NCBI GenBank assembly: GCA_039586365.1
Contig: JBDHKN010000006.1
Coordinates: 1-64,000, forward strand
Length of the DNA: 64,000 nt
Source: Gemmatimonadota bacterium
GTDB taxonomy: Bacteria; Gemmatimonadota; Gemmatimonadetes; Gemmatimonadales; GWC2-71-9
Direction: 5' to 3'
Position numbers and translations under genes: made by a program
Notes under the pieces: model-generated
The model's database searches: none
What the model was told of the DNA's origin: nothing
The model's input: only the letters and a program-made list of their open reading frames with translations
Part shown: piece by piece, positions 50,149 through 60,012 of the stretch
Layout of the letters: each line of letters begins with the position of its first letter
Position numbering within the stretch: the stretch's first letter is position 1

Positions 50149-50521
50149 CAAGGCAAAGGCAATTGCCGGTCTGGCTGTCTTCGTCGTTCTGGTGACATAT
50201 CCCTTCTGGTCCGGGCTGGGATCTGATGCAGAAGCTGGCGCACCCGAGCTGGAGCTGCCCGAGGACGAAGCCAATTGTGTGGAAGAGACGCAGTTTATGA
50301 CGGCGAACCACATGGACTTGTTGAACCAATGGCGGAACGCGGTAGTGCGCGACGGCGAAAGGGAGTACATGTCGACCTCAGGTGAACGGCACGTGATGAG
50401 CCTGACCGGTACGTGTATGGGATGTCACAGCAACAGGGACGCGTTTTGCACGCGGTGTCATGACTACTCGGACGTGTCACCGGCCTGCTGGGATTGTCAT
50501 GTCGAGCCGGAAGGGAGCTGA
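50141..50521 (+). CDS. dsrJ: DsrJ triheme cytochrome c
   Basis: N-terminal anchor, HMDLL, CMGCH, CTRCH, CWDCH. Confidence 0.95.
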   Translation: MTDKAKAIAGLAVFVVLVTYPFWSGLGSDAEAGAPELELPEDEANCVEETQFMTANHMDLLNQWRNAVVRDGEREYMSTSGERHVMSLTGTCMGCHSNRDAFCTRCHDYSDVSPACWDCHVEPEGS

Positions 50522-50524
50522 ACG

Positions 50525-51328
50525 ATGGGGGTGAGCCGACGCGATTTTCTCAAGGAGGCCGGATCCGCTGCATTGGGCGTGGGCTGTGGCTTGCCGTTCC
50601 TGGGCACTGGGTGCAGGGCCGGGAGTGAAGAGCCACATGAAGCTGAATCGTCTGCAAGCCAATGGGCGATGGTGGTTGATATCGAGAAGTGCCGCAGCGA
50701 GGAAGTGCGGCGAGTCTGTACGGAAGCCTGCAATATCGCGCACAATGTTCCTGCGATCCCTGATCCGGCAGAAGAGATCAAATGGATCTGGGCAGAGCAT
50801 TATGAGAACGTTTTTCCCGATCAAGTCCACAACCGCACGGCCGCCTTCATAAGACAGACACCGGTGCTCGTGCTCTGCAACCATTGTGACAACCCACCCT
50901 GCGTAAGGGTATGTCCCACCCAGGCTACTTGGAAGCGGGAGGCGGATGGAATCGTAATGATGGACATGCACCGGTGCATAGGCTGTCGCTATTGCATGGC
51001 GGCATGTCCCTACGGATCCAGGAGCTTCAACTGGGGTGACCCGCGTGAGTACATCCCGACGGACGAGAACGGCCAGTTTCTGTCGGATTACCCGACACGG
51101 TCGAAGGGTGTGGTGGAAAAGTGCAACTTCTGCGCAGAGAGATTGCGGGAGGGACTTCGGCCGGCCTGTGTGGAAGCGGTGAACCAGATACCGGGTGGGG
51201 AGGGGGCACTGACGTTCGGGGATCTGAGTGATCCGGAGTCAGAGGTCAGTCGTATGTTGAGTGAGACTAATACGATCAGCAGAAGAGTAAACCTAGGAAC
51301 CGGCCCAAATGTGTACTATAAGATCTAA
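50525..51328 (+). CDS. dsrO: DsrO periplasmic Fe-S protein
   Basis: Tat SRRDFL, CNHCDNPPCVRVCP, CIGCRYCMAACP, KCNFC. Confidence 0.94.
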   Translation: MGVSRRDFLKEAGSAALGVGCGLPFLGTGCRAGSEEPHEAESSASQWAMVVDIEKCRSEEVRRVCTEACNIAHNVPAIPDPAEEIKWIWAEHYENVFPDQVHNRTAAFIRQTPVLVLCNHCDNPPCVRVCPTQATWKREADGIVMMDMHRCIGCRYCMAACPYGSRSFNWGDPREYIPTDENGQFLSDYPTRSKGVVEKCNFCAERLREGLRPACVEAVNQIPGGEGALTFGDLSDPESEVSRMLSETNTISRRVNLGTGPNVYYKI

Positions 51329-51370
51329 CTTGCTACGCGCGACAATCGGGAGAACCAAGAGGTAGCCGCT

Positions 51371-52531
51371 ATGCTGGAAACCGCATTCCGCGGGGGTAGG
51401 AAGTATTGGATTCTCCTAGGGGTCTGGGGATTGTTGATCCTTGTTGGCTTGGGAGCCTATGGCAGGCAGTTGGTGGAAGGTCTGCGTATCACCGGTATGA
51501 GCCAAGACGTGACTTGGGGATTGTACATCGCGCAATTCACTTTCCTCGTCGGTGTGGCAGCTTCTGCAGTAATGGTGGTTTTGCCGTACTACCTGCACAA
51601 CTACAAGGCGTTCGGCAAGATGGTGATTCTGGGCGAGTTTCTCGCCATTTCGGCGGTGCTCATGTGCATGTTGTTCGTCTTCGTCGACATGGGTCAGCCC
51701 AGGAGGGTGCTCAACGTACTGCTCCACCCTACCCTCAACTCCGTGATGTTCTGGGATTTCCTGGTCCTTGGAGGCTACGGCATCATAAACTTCGTTGTCG
51801 GGGCCGTGACATTTGACGCCGAGCGGAAGGGAACCCCTGCGCCCAGGTGGATCAAGCCGCTAATCTACCTTTCGATCCCTTGGGCGGTCAGCATCCATAC
51901 GGTCACGGCCTTTCTCTATTCAGGGCTTGAAGCCAGGTCATTCTGGATGACCGCTATATTGGCTCCCCGTTTCTTGGCTTCGGCATTTGCGTCGGGCCCC
52001 AGCCTGTTGATCGTGCTGGCTCTGATTCTGCGGAGGTTCACCAAGTTCGACCCCGGCAAGGAAGCTATTCAGAAGCTGGCTCTGATAGTCACCTATGCGA
52101 TGGTGATTAACGTCTTCTTCGTAGGCGTCGAGCTGTTTTCCGGCCTATACAGTGACATGCCGCACCATGTGCATGCGTTCGAGTATCTGTTCGTTGGCCT
52201 GCACGGGCATGCCGCTCTCACTCCTTGGGTGTGGGTTGGCGAGGTCTTCACGGTGTGTTGTGTTGTGGGTCTGTTGATCCCCAAGGTACGTAGGCAGGAG
52301 AAGTACTTGGCAGTGCTTGCCGTTGGGGTGATCACCGCCATTTGGATCGAGAAGGGTGTCGCAATGGTGGTGACTGGCTTCATTCCGTCGCCACTGGGCA
52401 GGATAACGGAGTATGCGCCAACAGCGCCGGAGATCGCAATCACGATCGGTGTCTACGCGTTGGGGTTCTTCGTGCTTACAGTGCTTTACAAGATGGTTGT
52501 GAGTGTTAGAGAACAGTTGGATCTAGCTTGA
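51371..52531 (+). CDS. dsrP: DsrP (NrfD-family membrane protein)
   Basis: [32 protein letters not shown]. Confidence 0.94.
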   Translation: MLETAFRGGRKYWILLGVWGLLILVGLGAYGRQLVEGLRITGMSQDVTWGLYIAQFTFLVGVAASAVMVVLPYYLHNYKAFGKMVILGEFLAISAVLMCMLFVFVDMGQPRRVLNVLLHPTLNSVMFWDFLVLGGYGIINFVVGAVTFDAERKGTPAPRWIKPLIYLSIPWAVSIHTVTAFLYSGLEARSFWMTAILAPRFLASAFASGPSLLIVLALILRRFTKFDPGKEAIQKLALIVTYAMVINVFFVGVELFSGLYSDMPHHVHAFEYLFVGLHGHAALTPWVWVGEVFTVCCVVGLLIPKVRRQEKYLAVLAVGVITAIWIEKGVAMVVTGFIPSPLGRITEYAPTAPEIAITIGVYALGFFVLTVLYKMVVSVREQLDLA

Positions 52532-52574
52532 AAGAAGGAGCGGTAACAACGCCATCATTCCAAGACCAAAGGAG

Positions 52575-53801
52575 ATGACGATGGCAGACTTAGGTAGCAA
52601 CGGTACGCCGTTACTGGACGAACTGGAGAAAGGGCCGTGGCCCAGTTTTGTCACGGAAATCAAGCAGACTGCCGGGTTTAGCAAACCAGCCGAGCAGTTG
52701 TTGGCGTTGCTGGAACGGTCCTACAGAGAGAGAATTGGTCACTGGAAGCACGGCGGTATTGTGGGTGTGATGGGATACGGTGGAGGCGTGATCGGCCGCT
52801 ACAACGATCTACCTGAGGAATATCCGGAGATCGCCCATTTCCACACTCTGCGGGTCAACATGCCTACCGGTTGGTTCTACACGTCCGAGGCGTTGAGAAC
52901 GATCTGTGACATTTGGGAGAGACACGGCTCCGGATTGACAAACATGCATGGGTCCACGGGTGACATCATCTTGTTGGGCACCACGACGGACGAGCTCGAG
53001 CCGACTTTTGCCGAGTTGACTGCCAACAGTTTCGACCTGGGTGGATCCGGTTCCGATATGCGCACGCCTAGCGCGTGTGTGGGTCCTGCCCGGTGCGAAT
53101 GGGCTTGCTACGACACGCTACACCTGTGCAATGACCTTACACAACATTTCCAAGACGAGCTGCACCGCCCAGCATTTCCCTACAAGTTCAAGTTCAAGTG
53201 TGCGGGCTGTCCGAACGACTGTGTGGCGTCAGTAGCCAGAGCAGATATGTCGATTATCGGCACCTGGCGGGACGAGATCCAGATCGATCAGGCAGAGGTG
53301 AAAGCTGCGGCCAAGACGGGACTCGACATCCAGAAGGATGTCTGCTTCCTTTGCCCCACCAAATGCATCGAGTGGGATGGCAAGAAGCTGGAGATCGACG
53401 ACGAGAACTGCGTGAAGTGCATGCACTGTATCAACGTTATGCCCAAGGCGTTGCGCCCCGGCAAAGATCGTGGGGCGACGATTCTGCTCGGTGCCAAAGC
53501 ACCGATTGTCGAAGGTGCATTGTTATCCTCGGTGTTGGTCCCGTTCATGAAACTCGAACCACCGTATGATGAGCTCAAGGACCTCGTGGAGAGGATTTGG
53601 GATTTCTGGGGCGAGCACGGCAAGAACCGAGAGCGTGTGGGAGAGCTGATGCAGCGTGTGGGGCTGGGGAACTTCTTGGAGGCGATCGAGGTGGAGCCGA
53701 TTCCGGAAATGATCGCGTATCCGCGAGAGAACCCATACGTATTCTACGAAGAGTACTATGAAGAAGGCGAAGAAGGGGAAGAAGCGGAGGAGGACGAGTA
53801 A
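52575..53801 (+). CDS. dsrA: Dissimilatory sulfite reductase alpha subunit
   Basis: [47 protein letters not shown]; start may be 52581. Confidence 0.98.
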   Translation: MTMADLGSNGTPLLDELEKGPWPSFVTEIKQTAGFSKPAEQLLALLERSYRERIGHWKHGGIVGVMGYGGGVIGRYNDLPEEYPEIAHFHTLRVNMPTGWFYTSEALRTICDIWERHGSGLTNMHGSTGDIILLGTTTDELEPTFAELTANSFDLGGSGSDMRTPSACVGPARCEWACYDTLHLCNDLTQHFQDELHRPAFPYKFKFKCAGCPNDCVASVARADMSIIGTWRDEIQIDQAEVKAAAKTGLDIQKDVCFLCPTKCIEWDGKKLEIDDENCVKCMHCINVMPKALRPGKDRGATILLGAKAPIVEGALLSSVLVPFMKLEPPYDELKDLVERIWDFWGEHGKNRERVGELMQRVGLGNFLEAIEVEPIPEMIAYPRENPYVFYEEYYEEGEEGEEAEEDE

Positions 53802-53863
53802 AGCAACCGGATCAGTGGATCCGACAGAGCATTAAAAAACAATCGTTCTTGGGAGATATATCG

Positions 53864-54940
53864 ATGGCAACCGAGAGAATAACTGATATCGGGCCTCCGC
53901 ATTACGAAAAATTCCTACCACCCGTGATAAAGCAAAACTACGGGAAGTGGAAATACCACGAGATCCTCAGGCCCGGCGTGATGGTTCACGTGGCCGAATC
54001 CGGCGACAAGCTCTTCACGGTGCGTGCGGCCTCACCACGGCTGCTCGGCATCAAGAAGATCCGCGAGTTCGCGGATCTGGCGGACAAGTATTGTGGTGGG
54101 CACCTCCGCTTCACTAGCCGCAACAACGTCGAATTCCTGCTTACGGACGATTCGAAGATCAACGATCTCATCGCCGACCTGAAGAAATTGGGACATCCGG
54201 TGGGCGGCATAGGCAACGCGATCTCCAACATCGTTCACACGCAGGGATGGGTACACTGCCACTCAGCTGCGACGGATGCATCCGGTGTTGTGAAAGCGGT
54301 GATGGACGATCTGTGTGGGTACTTCACTGGCGATATCGAACTGCCAGGCAAGCTGCGGGTCGCCCTTGCGTGCTGTCTCAATATGTGTGGTGCGGTGCAC
54401 TGTTCGGACATCGCGATCCTAGGTATACACCGCAGGCCGCCAAGAATCCAAGCTGGTCTGAATAAGGTATGCGAAATCCCCAACGTGGTGGCTTCCTGTC
54501 CCACGGCAGCAATCCGGCCGGCAACAGTTGACGGTGCTCCCACGGTAGAGATAGATGAAGAGAACTGCATGTTCTGCGCGAACTGTTTCTCGGTCTGCCC
54601 GGCACTACCAATGGCTGACGCGCTCAACGACGGTGTATCCATCTGGGTCGGGGGGAAAGTCTCGAACGCCCGCAAGGAACCAACCTTCTCCAAGCTGGCT
54701 ATTCCGTTCTTGCCCAACAATCCGCCGCGGTGGCCGGAGGTGACTGAGGCTGTGCGGAACATAGTGGAAGTATGGGTCAAGAACGCCCGCAAGTTCGAGC
54801 GGATGGGTGAGTTCATCGAGCGTATCGGCTGGCCCCGTTTCTTCAAGATGACGGGCATTGAGTTCGCTAAAGAGCATATTGACGATTACAAATACGCGGG
54901 CCTTTCGTACAAACGGTCTGCACAGCTCAGACACAACTAG
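53864..54940 (+). CDS. dsrB: Dissimilatory sulfite reductase beta subunit
   Basis: [46 protein letters not shown]. Confidence 0.98.
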   Translation: MATERITDIGPPHYEKFLPPVIKQNYGKWKYHEILRPGVMVHVAESGDKLFTVRAASPRLLGIKKIREFADLADKYCGGHLRFTSRNNVEFLLTDDSKINDLIADLKKLGHPVGGIGNAISNIVHTQGWVHCHSAATDASGVVKAVMDDLCGYFTGDIELPGKLRVALACCLNMCGAVHCSDIAILGIHRRPPRIQAGLNKVCEIPNVVASCPTAAIRPATVDGAPTVEIDEENCMFCANCFSVCPALPMADALNDGVSIWVGGKVSNARKEPTFSKLAIPFLPNNPPRWPEVTEAVRNIVEVWVKNARKFERMGEFIERIGWPRFFKMTGIEFAKEHIDDYKYAGLSYKRSAQLRHN

Positions 54941-54950
54941 GAGGTGTACG

Positions 54951-55196
54951 GTGGCCGTCACGCCCGAAGAAGTAGCGGACGCCATGTACGAGTTGGTCAA
55001 GGAGTATCAGGGCAAGAAGAAGCTCAAAGCCGGTGACTTGACCAAGGCGATGATCCAGAAGTATGGCGAAGGCGAAGTGGACAAGAAGCTGTGCAAGGCC
55101 GCCATCCGGACTCTGATGGATTCGGGAAGGTGTGTCTACACGTACTTCGGCGGCAGCTTCATAGAACTCCCGCCCGAGGAAGGCGTTGAGAGGTAG
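54951..55196 (+). CDS. dsrD: DsrD family protein (81 aa)
   Basis: Small Lys-rich protein directly after dsrB, GGAGGT RBS, AIRTLMDSGRCVYTYFGGSF. Confidence 0.8.
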   Translation: MAVTPEEVADAMYELVKEYQGKKKLKAGDLTKAMIQKYGEGEVDKKLCKAAIRTLMDSGRCVYTYFGGSFIELPPEEGVER

Positions 55197-55222
55197 GCTG
55201 TCTCCCGGGGGGAAAGTGATGT

Positions 55223-55271
55223 CAGATGCATGCACTCTCCGCTCCCAGCGGGCGGAAGAGGCGTGTGTCTG
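55223..55271 (+). other. Long RNA stem-loop after dsrD
   Basis: CAGATGCATGC pairs with GCGTGTGTCTG (3 G-U); inner CTCT/AGAG and CCGCTC/GGGCGG. Confidence 0.6.
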
Positions 55272-55308
55272 TGACGATAGATAATCACGTGTCACGCGAG
55301 GTGATCGT

Positions 55309-56985
55309 ATGGCTATGAAGAAGGTCAAGAAAAAGAAGAAGTCTTTCGGTTCGAGGGGCGGCGCCTCGCGTGACCAATCGCCACTGCGACCCAAACACGT
55401 GGAGAAGAAGCCCCCATGTAGGGATACATGTCCGAGCGGCAACGATATTCGCAAGTTTCTGACGACGCTCGCTCATGCTGAGCGGCTAGGAAAGACGGCG
55501 GAGCAAGCACTCCAAGAAGCTTGGGAGGTCTACACGGACACTAGTCCGTTTCCGTCGGTGTGTGGCCGGGTATGTCCGGCTCCATGTGAAACCGGATGCA
55601 ACCGGAAGGACCTCGATGGTGCGGTGAGTATCAATAAGGTCGAACGGGCCATCGGCGACTTCGGTCTGGCGAGGGGTCTCAAGCTGAAGGCCCTCTCTGA
55701 TGAGAAGAAACCGCAGAAGATAGCCGTCGTAGGCGCGGGTCCCAGTGGCCTTTCCTGTGCCTACCAGCTGGCTCGGCGCGGATATGGCGTAACCGTCTTC
55801 GAGTCCACGGAGAAGACTGGCGGCATGTTGCGGTGGGGCATCCCCGGGTATCGGCTACCCGAATCGGTACTCGACGGAGAGATCCAGAAGATCCTCGACC
55901 TGGGAGTGGAACTCAAGTGCGGCGTGAAGGTGGGCAAGGACATCACCGTTGATGAGCTGAAGCAGTCATACGATGCCGTATACGTCGCGCTCGGCGCCCA
56001 GCAGGGAGTCACTCTGGGCGTTGAAGGTGAGGATGCTCCCAACGTGTTCTCCGGAGTGGATTTCCTCAGCCGTTTCCACCACGGTGAAAAGCTGGACCTG
56101 GGCAAGGATGTGGTGGTAATCATCGTCGGTGGAGGTGACACCGCCATCGACGCGGCGCGGATCTGCAAACGGCTGGGCGCCAATGTAACGATCCTATACC
56201 GCCGAACCCGCAAGGAGATGCCGGCGATCGATGAGGAAGTCGATGAGGCGATCAAAGAAGGCATCACAATCGAGTTTCTGGCCGCACCAATAGGTTTCCG
56301 CAAAGAGGGCGACCTCGTCGTAGCGATGCGAGCTATCCGCATGGAGTTGGGTGAGCCGGACTCGTCAGGTCGTCGTCGACCGGTTCCCATCGAGGGTTCG
56401 GAGTTCGAGATACCCGCCAGCGCAGTCATCTCTGCGGTGAGTCAGGCACCCGATTTCGGCGGCTTCGAGGATCTCATCGAAGGCAAGGATTGGATCAAGG
56501 TCGACAACCAGGGGGCAACCAAGGTGGCAGGAATATGGGCTGGTGGCGACGTGACAGCCCTGGATCTAGTCACGACTGCCGTAGGTCACGGTCGGCGCGC
56601 AGCCGAGGCGATCGAACGCAAATTCCTGGGCAGGCAATTCGAAGAAGACAGGATGACGGTGATCAGAAGTGATCGTATGCTGTTGGATCACTACGACAAG
56701 ATAGACCGTCAAGAACCTGCAGCCCTGGATGTTGGCGAGCGTTTGACCTCGATCGAAACGGAAGTCAACTTGGGTCTAACCGATGACCAAGTGCTGACTG
56801 AAGCGCGGCGCTGCATGAGCTGCGGATACTGCATCGATTGCGAGAAGTGCTGGATGTACTGTCAGGACCAGGCGATTGACAAGCCGCTGCAGAAGGGATT
56901 GCTGTATCCGTTCAAGATGCAGAACTGCACAGGCTGCAGTAAGTGTGCGGAAATATGCCCTTGTGGCTTCATAGAGATGCACTGA
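55309..56985 (+). CDS. dsrL: DsrL Fe-S flavoprotein (YRR motif)
   Basis: PPCRDTCP, CGRVCPAPCETGCNR, GAGPSG, GGGDTAID, YRRT, C-terminal CMSCGYCIDCEKC and CTGCSKCAEICPCG. Confidence 0.92.
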   Translation: MAMKKVKKKKKSFGSRGGASRDQSPLRPKHVEKKPPCRDTCPSGNDIRKFLTTLAHAERLGKTAEQALQEAWEVYTDTSPFPSVCGRVCPAPCETGCNRKDLDGAVSINKVERAIGDFGLARGLKLKALSDEKKPQKIAVVGAGPSGLSCAYQLARRGYGVTVFESTEKTGGMLRWGIPGYRLPESVLDGEIQKILDLGVELKCGVKVGKDITVDELKQSYDAVYVALGAQQGVTLGVEGEDAPNVFSGVDFLSRFHHGEKLDLGKDVVVIIVGGGDTAIDAARICKRLGANVTILYRRTRKEMPAIDEEVDEAIKEGITIEFLAAPIGFRKEGDLVVAMRAIRMELGEPDSSGRRRPVPIEGSEFEIPASAVISAVSQAPDFGGFEDLIEGKDWIKVDNQGATKVAGIWAGGDVTALDLVTTAVGHGRRAAEAIERKFLGRQFEEDRMTVIRSDRMLLDHYDKIDRQEPAALDVGERLTSIETEVNLGLTDDQVLTEARRCMSCGYCIDCEKCWMYCQDQAIDKPLQKGLLYPFKMQNCTGCSKCAEICPCGFIEMH

Positions 56986-56989
56986 CCTT

Positions 56990-58399
56990 GTGAGCACACC
57001 GCGAGTACTGATCGCAGGGCTACGCGGAGGCAGCGGCAAGACGGTAATATCTCTGGGACTCGTGGCAACCTGGCGCAAGCAAGGTTGTCACGTTTCGCCC
57101 TTCAAGAAGGGACCAGACTACATCGATGCAGCCTGGCTATCGGCTGCGGCAGGCAAACCCTGCCGGAACCTCGATCTCTTCCTCATGACCCCAGATACGG
57201 TCCTGCGCTCGTTCGCAGCTGCGGCCGGGCCGGCCGACGTGGCTGTCATAGAGGGCAATCGCGGGTTGTTCGACGGCATGGACGCCCGGGGCAGCTACAG
57301 CACGGCCGAGTTGGCCAAGTTGCTGAAGAGCCCGGTGTTGCTCGCTGTCGATTGCACAAAGGCAACGCGTACCATCGCGGCAATGGTCCTAGGTTGTCAG
57401 AGACTCGATCCCAGCGTCTCGCTTCGCGGTGTCATTCTGAACAATGTGGCCGGTCCTCGGCACGAGTCGGTGCTGCGTGAAGCAATGGCTGAGATCAGCG
57501 GGCTGCCCGTGGTGGGTGCGCTGGGCCGAATCCCCGGAGAGCTCTTTCCAGAACGGCACCTTGGGCTCGTGCCACCCCAAGAGCACGAGCAATTGTCTCC
57601 AGCGATACAACAGGCCGCCAGTGCGGTCGAACAGCAGTTGGACTTGGCCGCCATCTGGGACATTGCGCGCCAAGCTCCAGAGCTCGACCCCCACGACTCG
57701 AATCCGACTGCCACAGGTGACGAGGGGCGGAATGCCGTCAGGATCGGTGTGTTCCGCGACGCTGCATTTCAGTTCTACTATCCCGAGAACCTCGAGGCCC
57801 TGGTTCGGCAGGGGGCGATCTTGCTGGAGGTTTCTCCGCTCCACGATACTGCGCTACCGGACGTGGATGCCCTGTACCTCGGGGGAGGATTTCCGGAGAC
57901 AGCAGCACCGGCGTTGGCAGACAACAGGCAATTCCTGGACTCGCTACGTGACTCAGTCAACAGTGGCTTGCCGGTATACGCAGAGTGCGGGGGAGCGGTC
58001 TTTCTGGGGGAGAAGCTCCTCTACAATCATAGAGAATACCCGATGGCGGGCATACTACCAGTCGTTTTCTGCTTCGAGGCAAAACCGCGGGGGCACGGCT
58101 ACGCCGTACTCGAAACCGTGGAGAACAACCCGTTTTTCACAGTCGGGGAATGTCTCCAAGGGCATGAGTTCCACTACACCCACATGCAGTCGTCTGCGGT
58201 GGAGGATCTGAAGTTCGCATTCCGGGTCCGTCGCGGCTATGGATTCGATGGCCAAAGGGACGGCTTGTGTTATCGCAATGTGCTCGCGTCCTACACTCAC
58301 CTGCATGCGTTGGGGACGGAGAGTTGGGCTCCGTCCGTGGTTCGGGCCGCCACCCGGTTCAAGTCGCGGAGCGCGAGCCATACTGGCGTTGGCCTCTAG
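56990..58399 (+). CDS. dsrN: DsrN (cobyrinate a,c-diamide synthase family)
   Basis: GGSGKT, FKKGPDYID, IEGNRGLFDG, ERHLGL, YAECGG, GHEFHY; inside dsr cluster. Confidence 0.9.
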   Translation: MSTPRVLIAGLRGGSGKTVISLGLVATWRKQGCHVSPFKKGPDYIDAAWLSAAAGKPCRNLDLFLMTPDTVLRSFAAAAGPADVAVIEGNRGLFDGMDARGSYSTAELAKLLKSPVLLAVDCTKATRTIAAMVLGCQRLDPSVSLRGVILNNVAGPRHESVLREAMAEISGLPVVGALGRIPGELFPERHLGLVPPQEHEQLSPAIQQAASAVEQQLDLAAIWDIARQAPELDPHDSNPTATGDEGRNAVRIGVFRDAAFQFYYPENLEALVRQGAILLEVSPLHDTALPDVDALYLGGGFPETAAPALADNRQFLDSLRDSVNSGLPVYAECGGAVFLGEKLLYNHREYPMAGILPVVFCFEAKPRGHGYAVLETVENNPFFTVGECLQGHEFHYTHMQSSAVEDLKFAFRVRRGYGFDGQRDGLCYRNVLASYTHLHALGTESWAPSVVRAATRFKSRSASHTGVGL

Positions 58400-58411
58400 G
58401 AGGACGGAACC

Positions 58412-59065
58412 GTGCCGATCATCACAATCTCGCGGGGGACGTTGAGTGGCGGACAAGCGGTGGCTGAGTGTCTCGCTGGTAGACTTGGGTACCCGTGTGT
58501 CGGTCGCGAGATCGTTCAAGAAGCGGCCCGAAAGCTGGGTGTATCTGAGGAGACCCTGAGTGGGAAGTTCGAGACCCCCCCTGGACGATGGCATCGGCTG
58601 ACTAACGAGCGTAGGCTGTACCTTCACGCGGTTCAGGCTGCCCTAGCGGACCAGTGTGTGACTGGGGAGCTGGTTTACCACGGTCTGGCTGGGCAGCTGC
58701 TGCTGCGGGGCCAGCCCGGAGTGCTGCGAGCCCGGCTTATTGCACCATTGGATATGCGAGTGCGTGCCTTGACGGAAGCACACCATAGAATGAGCCCCAA
58801 GGCTGCGGAGGAATTCATCGAGAGCGTGGATGAAGACCGCAGGCGTTGGGTCAGACTGATGTACGGAGCCGACGTCGAGGACCCATCTCTGTACGATCTA
58901 ACGATCAACCTACAGTCCATTTCCACTGAGACAGCGTGTACGAGCATTGCGGAAGCGGTTGCACAGCCACAGTACAAGATAACGGACGAAGTAAGGGCGA
59001 AGCTGGAGGCGTTCGCGGCCCAATGCCACGAACAACTGCAGGCGGCTGCGTCGCAGCGCTCATGA
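58412..59065 (+). CDS. Cytidylate-kinase-like family protein
   Basis: ITISRGTLSGG, VYHGLAGQ, RLIAP, YDLTIN. Confidence 0.8.
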   Translation: MPIITISRGTLSGGQAVAECLAGRLGYPCVGREIVQEAARKLGVSEETLSGKFETPPGRWHRLTNERRLYLHAVQAALADQCVTGELVYHGLAGQLLLRGQPGVLRARLIAPLDMRVRALTEAHHRMSPKAAEEFIESVDEDRRRWVRLMYGADVEDPSLYDLTINLQSISTETACTSIAEAVAQPQYKITDEVRAKLEAFAAQCHEQLQAAASQRS

Positions 59066-59154
59066 GGCGGATGAACTGTTCATGCCGCTTGCAGGCACAA
59101 AGTTGGCTAGCAGGGCGAACTAGCGCCGTCGCCGACGTTAAAGAGGGCTGAAGA

Positions 59155-59973
59155 GTGGCGATCATTACCATCAGTCGAGGAAGCAAGAGTGGCGGGCAGG
59201 AAATGGCGGAATGTCTGGCCGCGCAACTGCAGTATCGCATCGTTGGACGAGAGATTGTACAGGAAGCGGCTACCAGGCTCGACGTTTCAGAGGAGGCCTT
59301 GAGCCACCAGATGGAGCACACACCCAAGCTGTGGGATAGGCATGCTGCGACGCGGCGGCTATATGTGGCGGCCGTGCAAGCGGCCCTCGCCGAGTATGTG
59401 GCCGAGGGAGATCTGGTGTACCATGGCTTGGCGGGACAACTACTCCTGAGGGGCCTACCGGCTGTGCTGCGGGTGCGGCTCATCGCACCGAGAGAGAGGC
59501 GGGTCCGAACGCTGGTGGAGACGCGTCAGATGGATGAGGCCTCGGCCGAAGAGTTCATTCAGCATGTCGATGGAGCACGTGCTCGCTGGGTCAAAATGAT
59601 GTACGGCGAAAACATCGAGGACCCGGCACTTTATGACATGGTGGTAAACCTGGAGACCATGTCTGTGCCCGGTGCCTGTGCTGCACTCGCGACTGTGGCA
59701 AAGCGGCCGGACTTTGCGGTTACTGGTGAGGTAAAGGCGTGTCTACGGGACTTTCGCTTGGCGTCCAACGTCAAAGTCGCGCTAGCGAGAGCACGTGAGA
59801 CACGGCCTCACATTCTGGACGTGTGGGTCAGAGGGGGCGTCGTCGAGATATCCGGCAGCGTTCCCGTCCTCAAAACAGGCCGGATGGGGGATCGTATCAG
59901 CGAGGTAGCACGTTCTGTCCCCGGCGTTGAGGAAGTCCGTATGAAGCTGCAGTGGTACGACCCGTATCCTTAG
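59155..59973 (+). CDS. Cytidylate-kinase-like protein with BON-like C-terminal domain
   Basis: ITISRGSKSGG, VYHGLAGQ, YDMVVN; C-terminal GVVEISG...ARSVPGVEEV. Confidence 0.8.
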   Translation: MAIITISRGSKSGGQEMAECLAAQLQYRIVGREIVQEAATRLDVSEEALSHQMEHTPKLWDRHAATRRLYVAAVQAALAEYVAEGDLVYHGLAGQLLLRGLPAVLRVRLIAPRERRVRTLVETRQMDEASAEEFIQHVDGARARWVKMMYGENIEDPALYDMVVNLETMSVPGACAALATVAKRPDFAVTGEVKACLRDFRLASNVKVALARARETRPHILDVWVRGGVVEISGSVPVLKTGRMGDRISEVARSVPGVEEVRMKLQWYDPYP

Positions 59974-60012
59974 GACAGAATCGCGCGTTGGACGAGTGAA
60001 GGTGAGGGGTGA

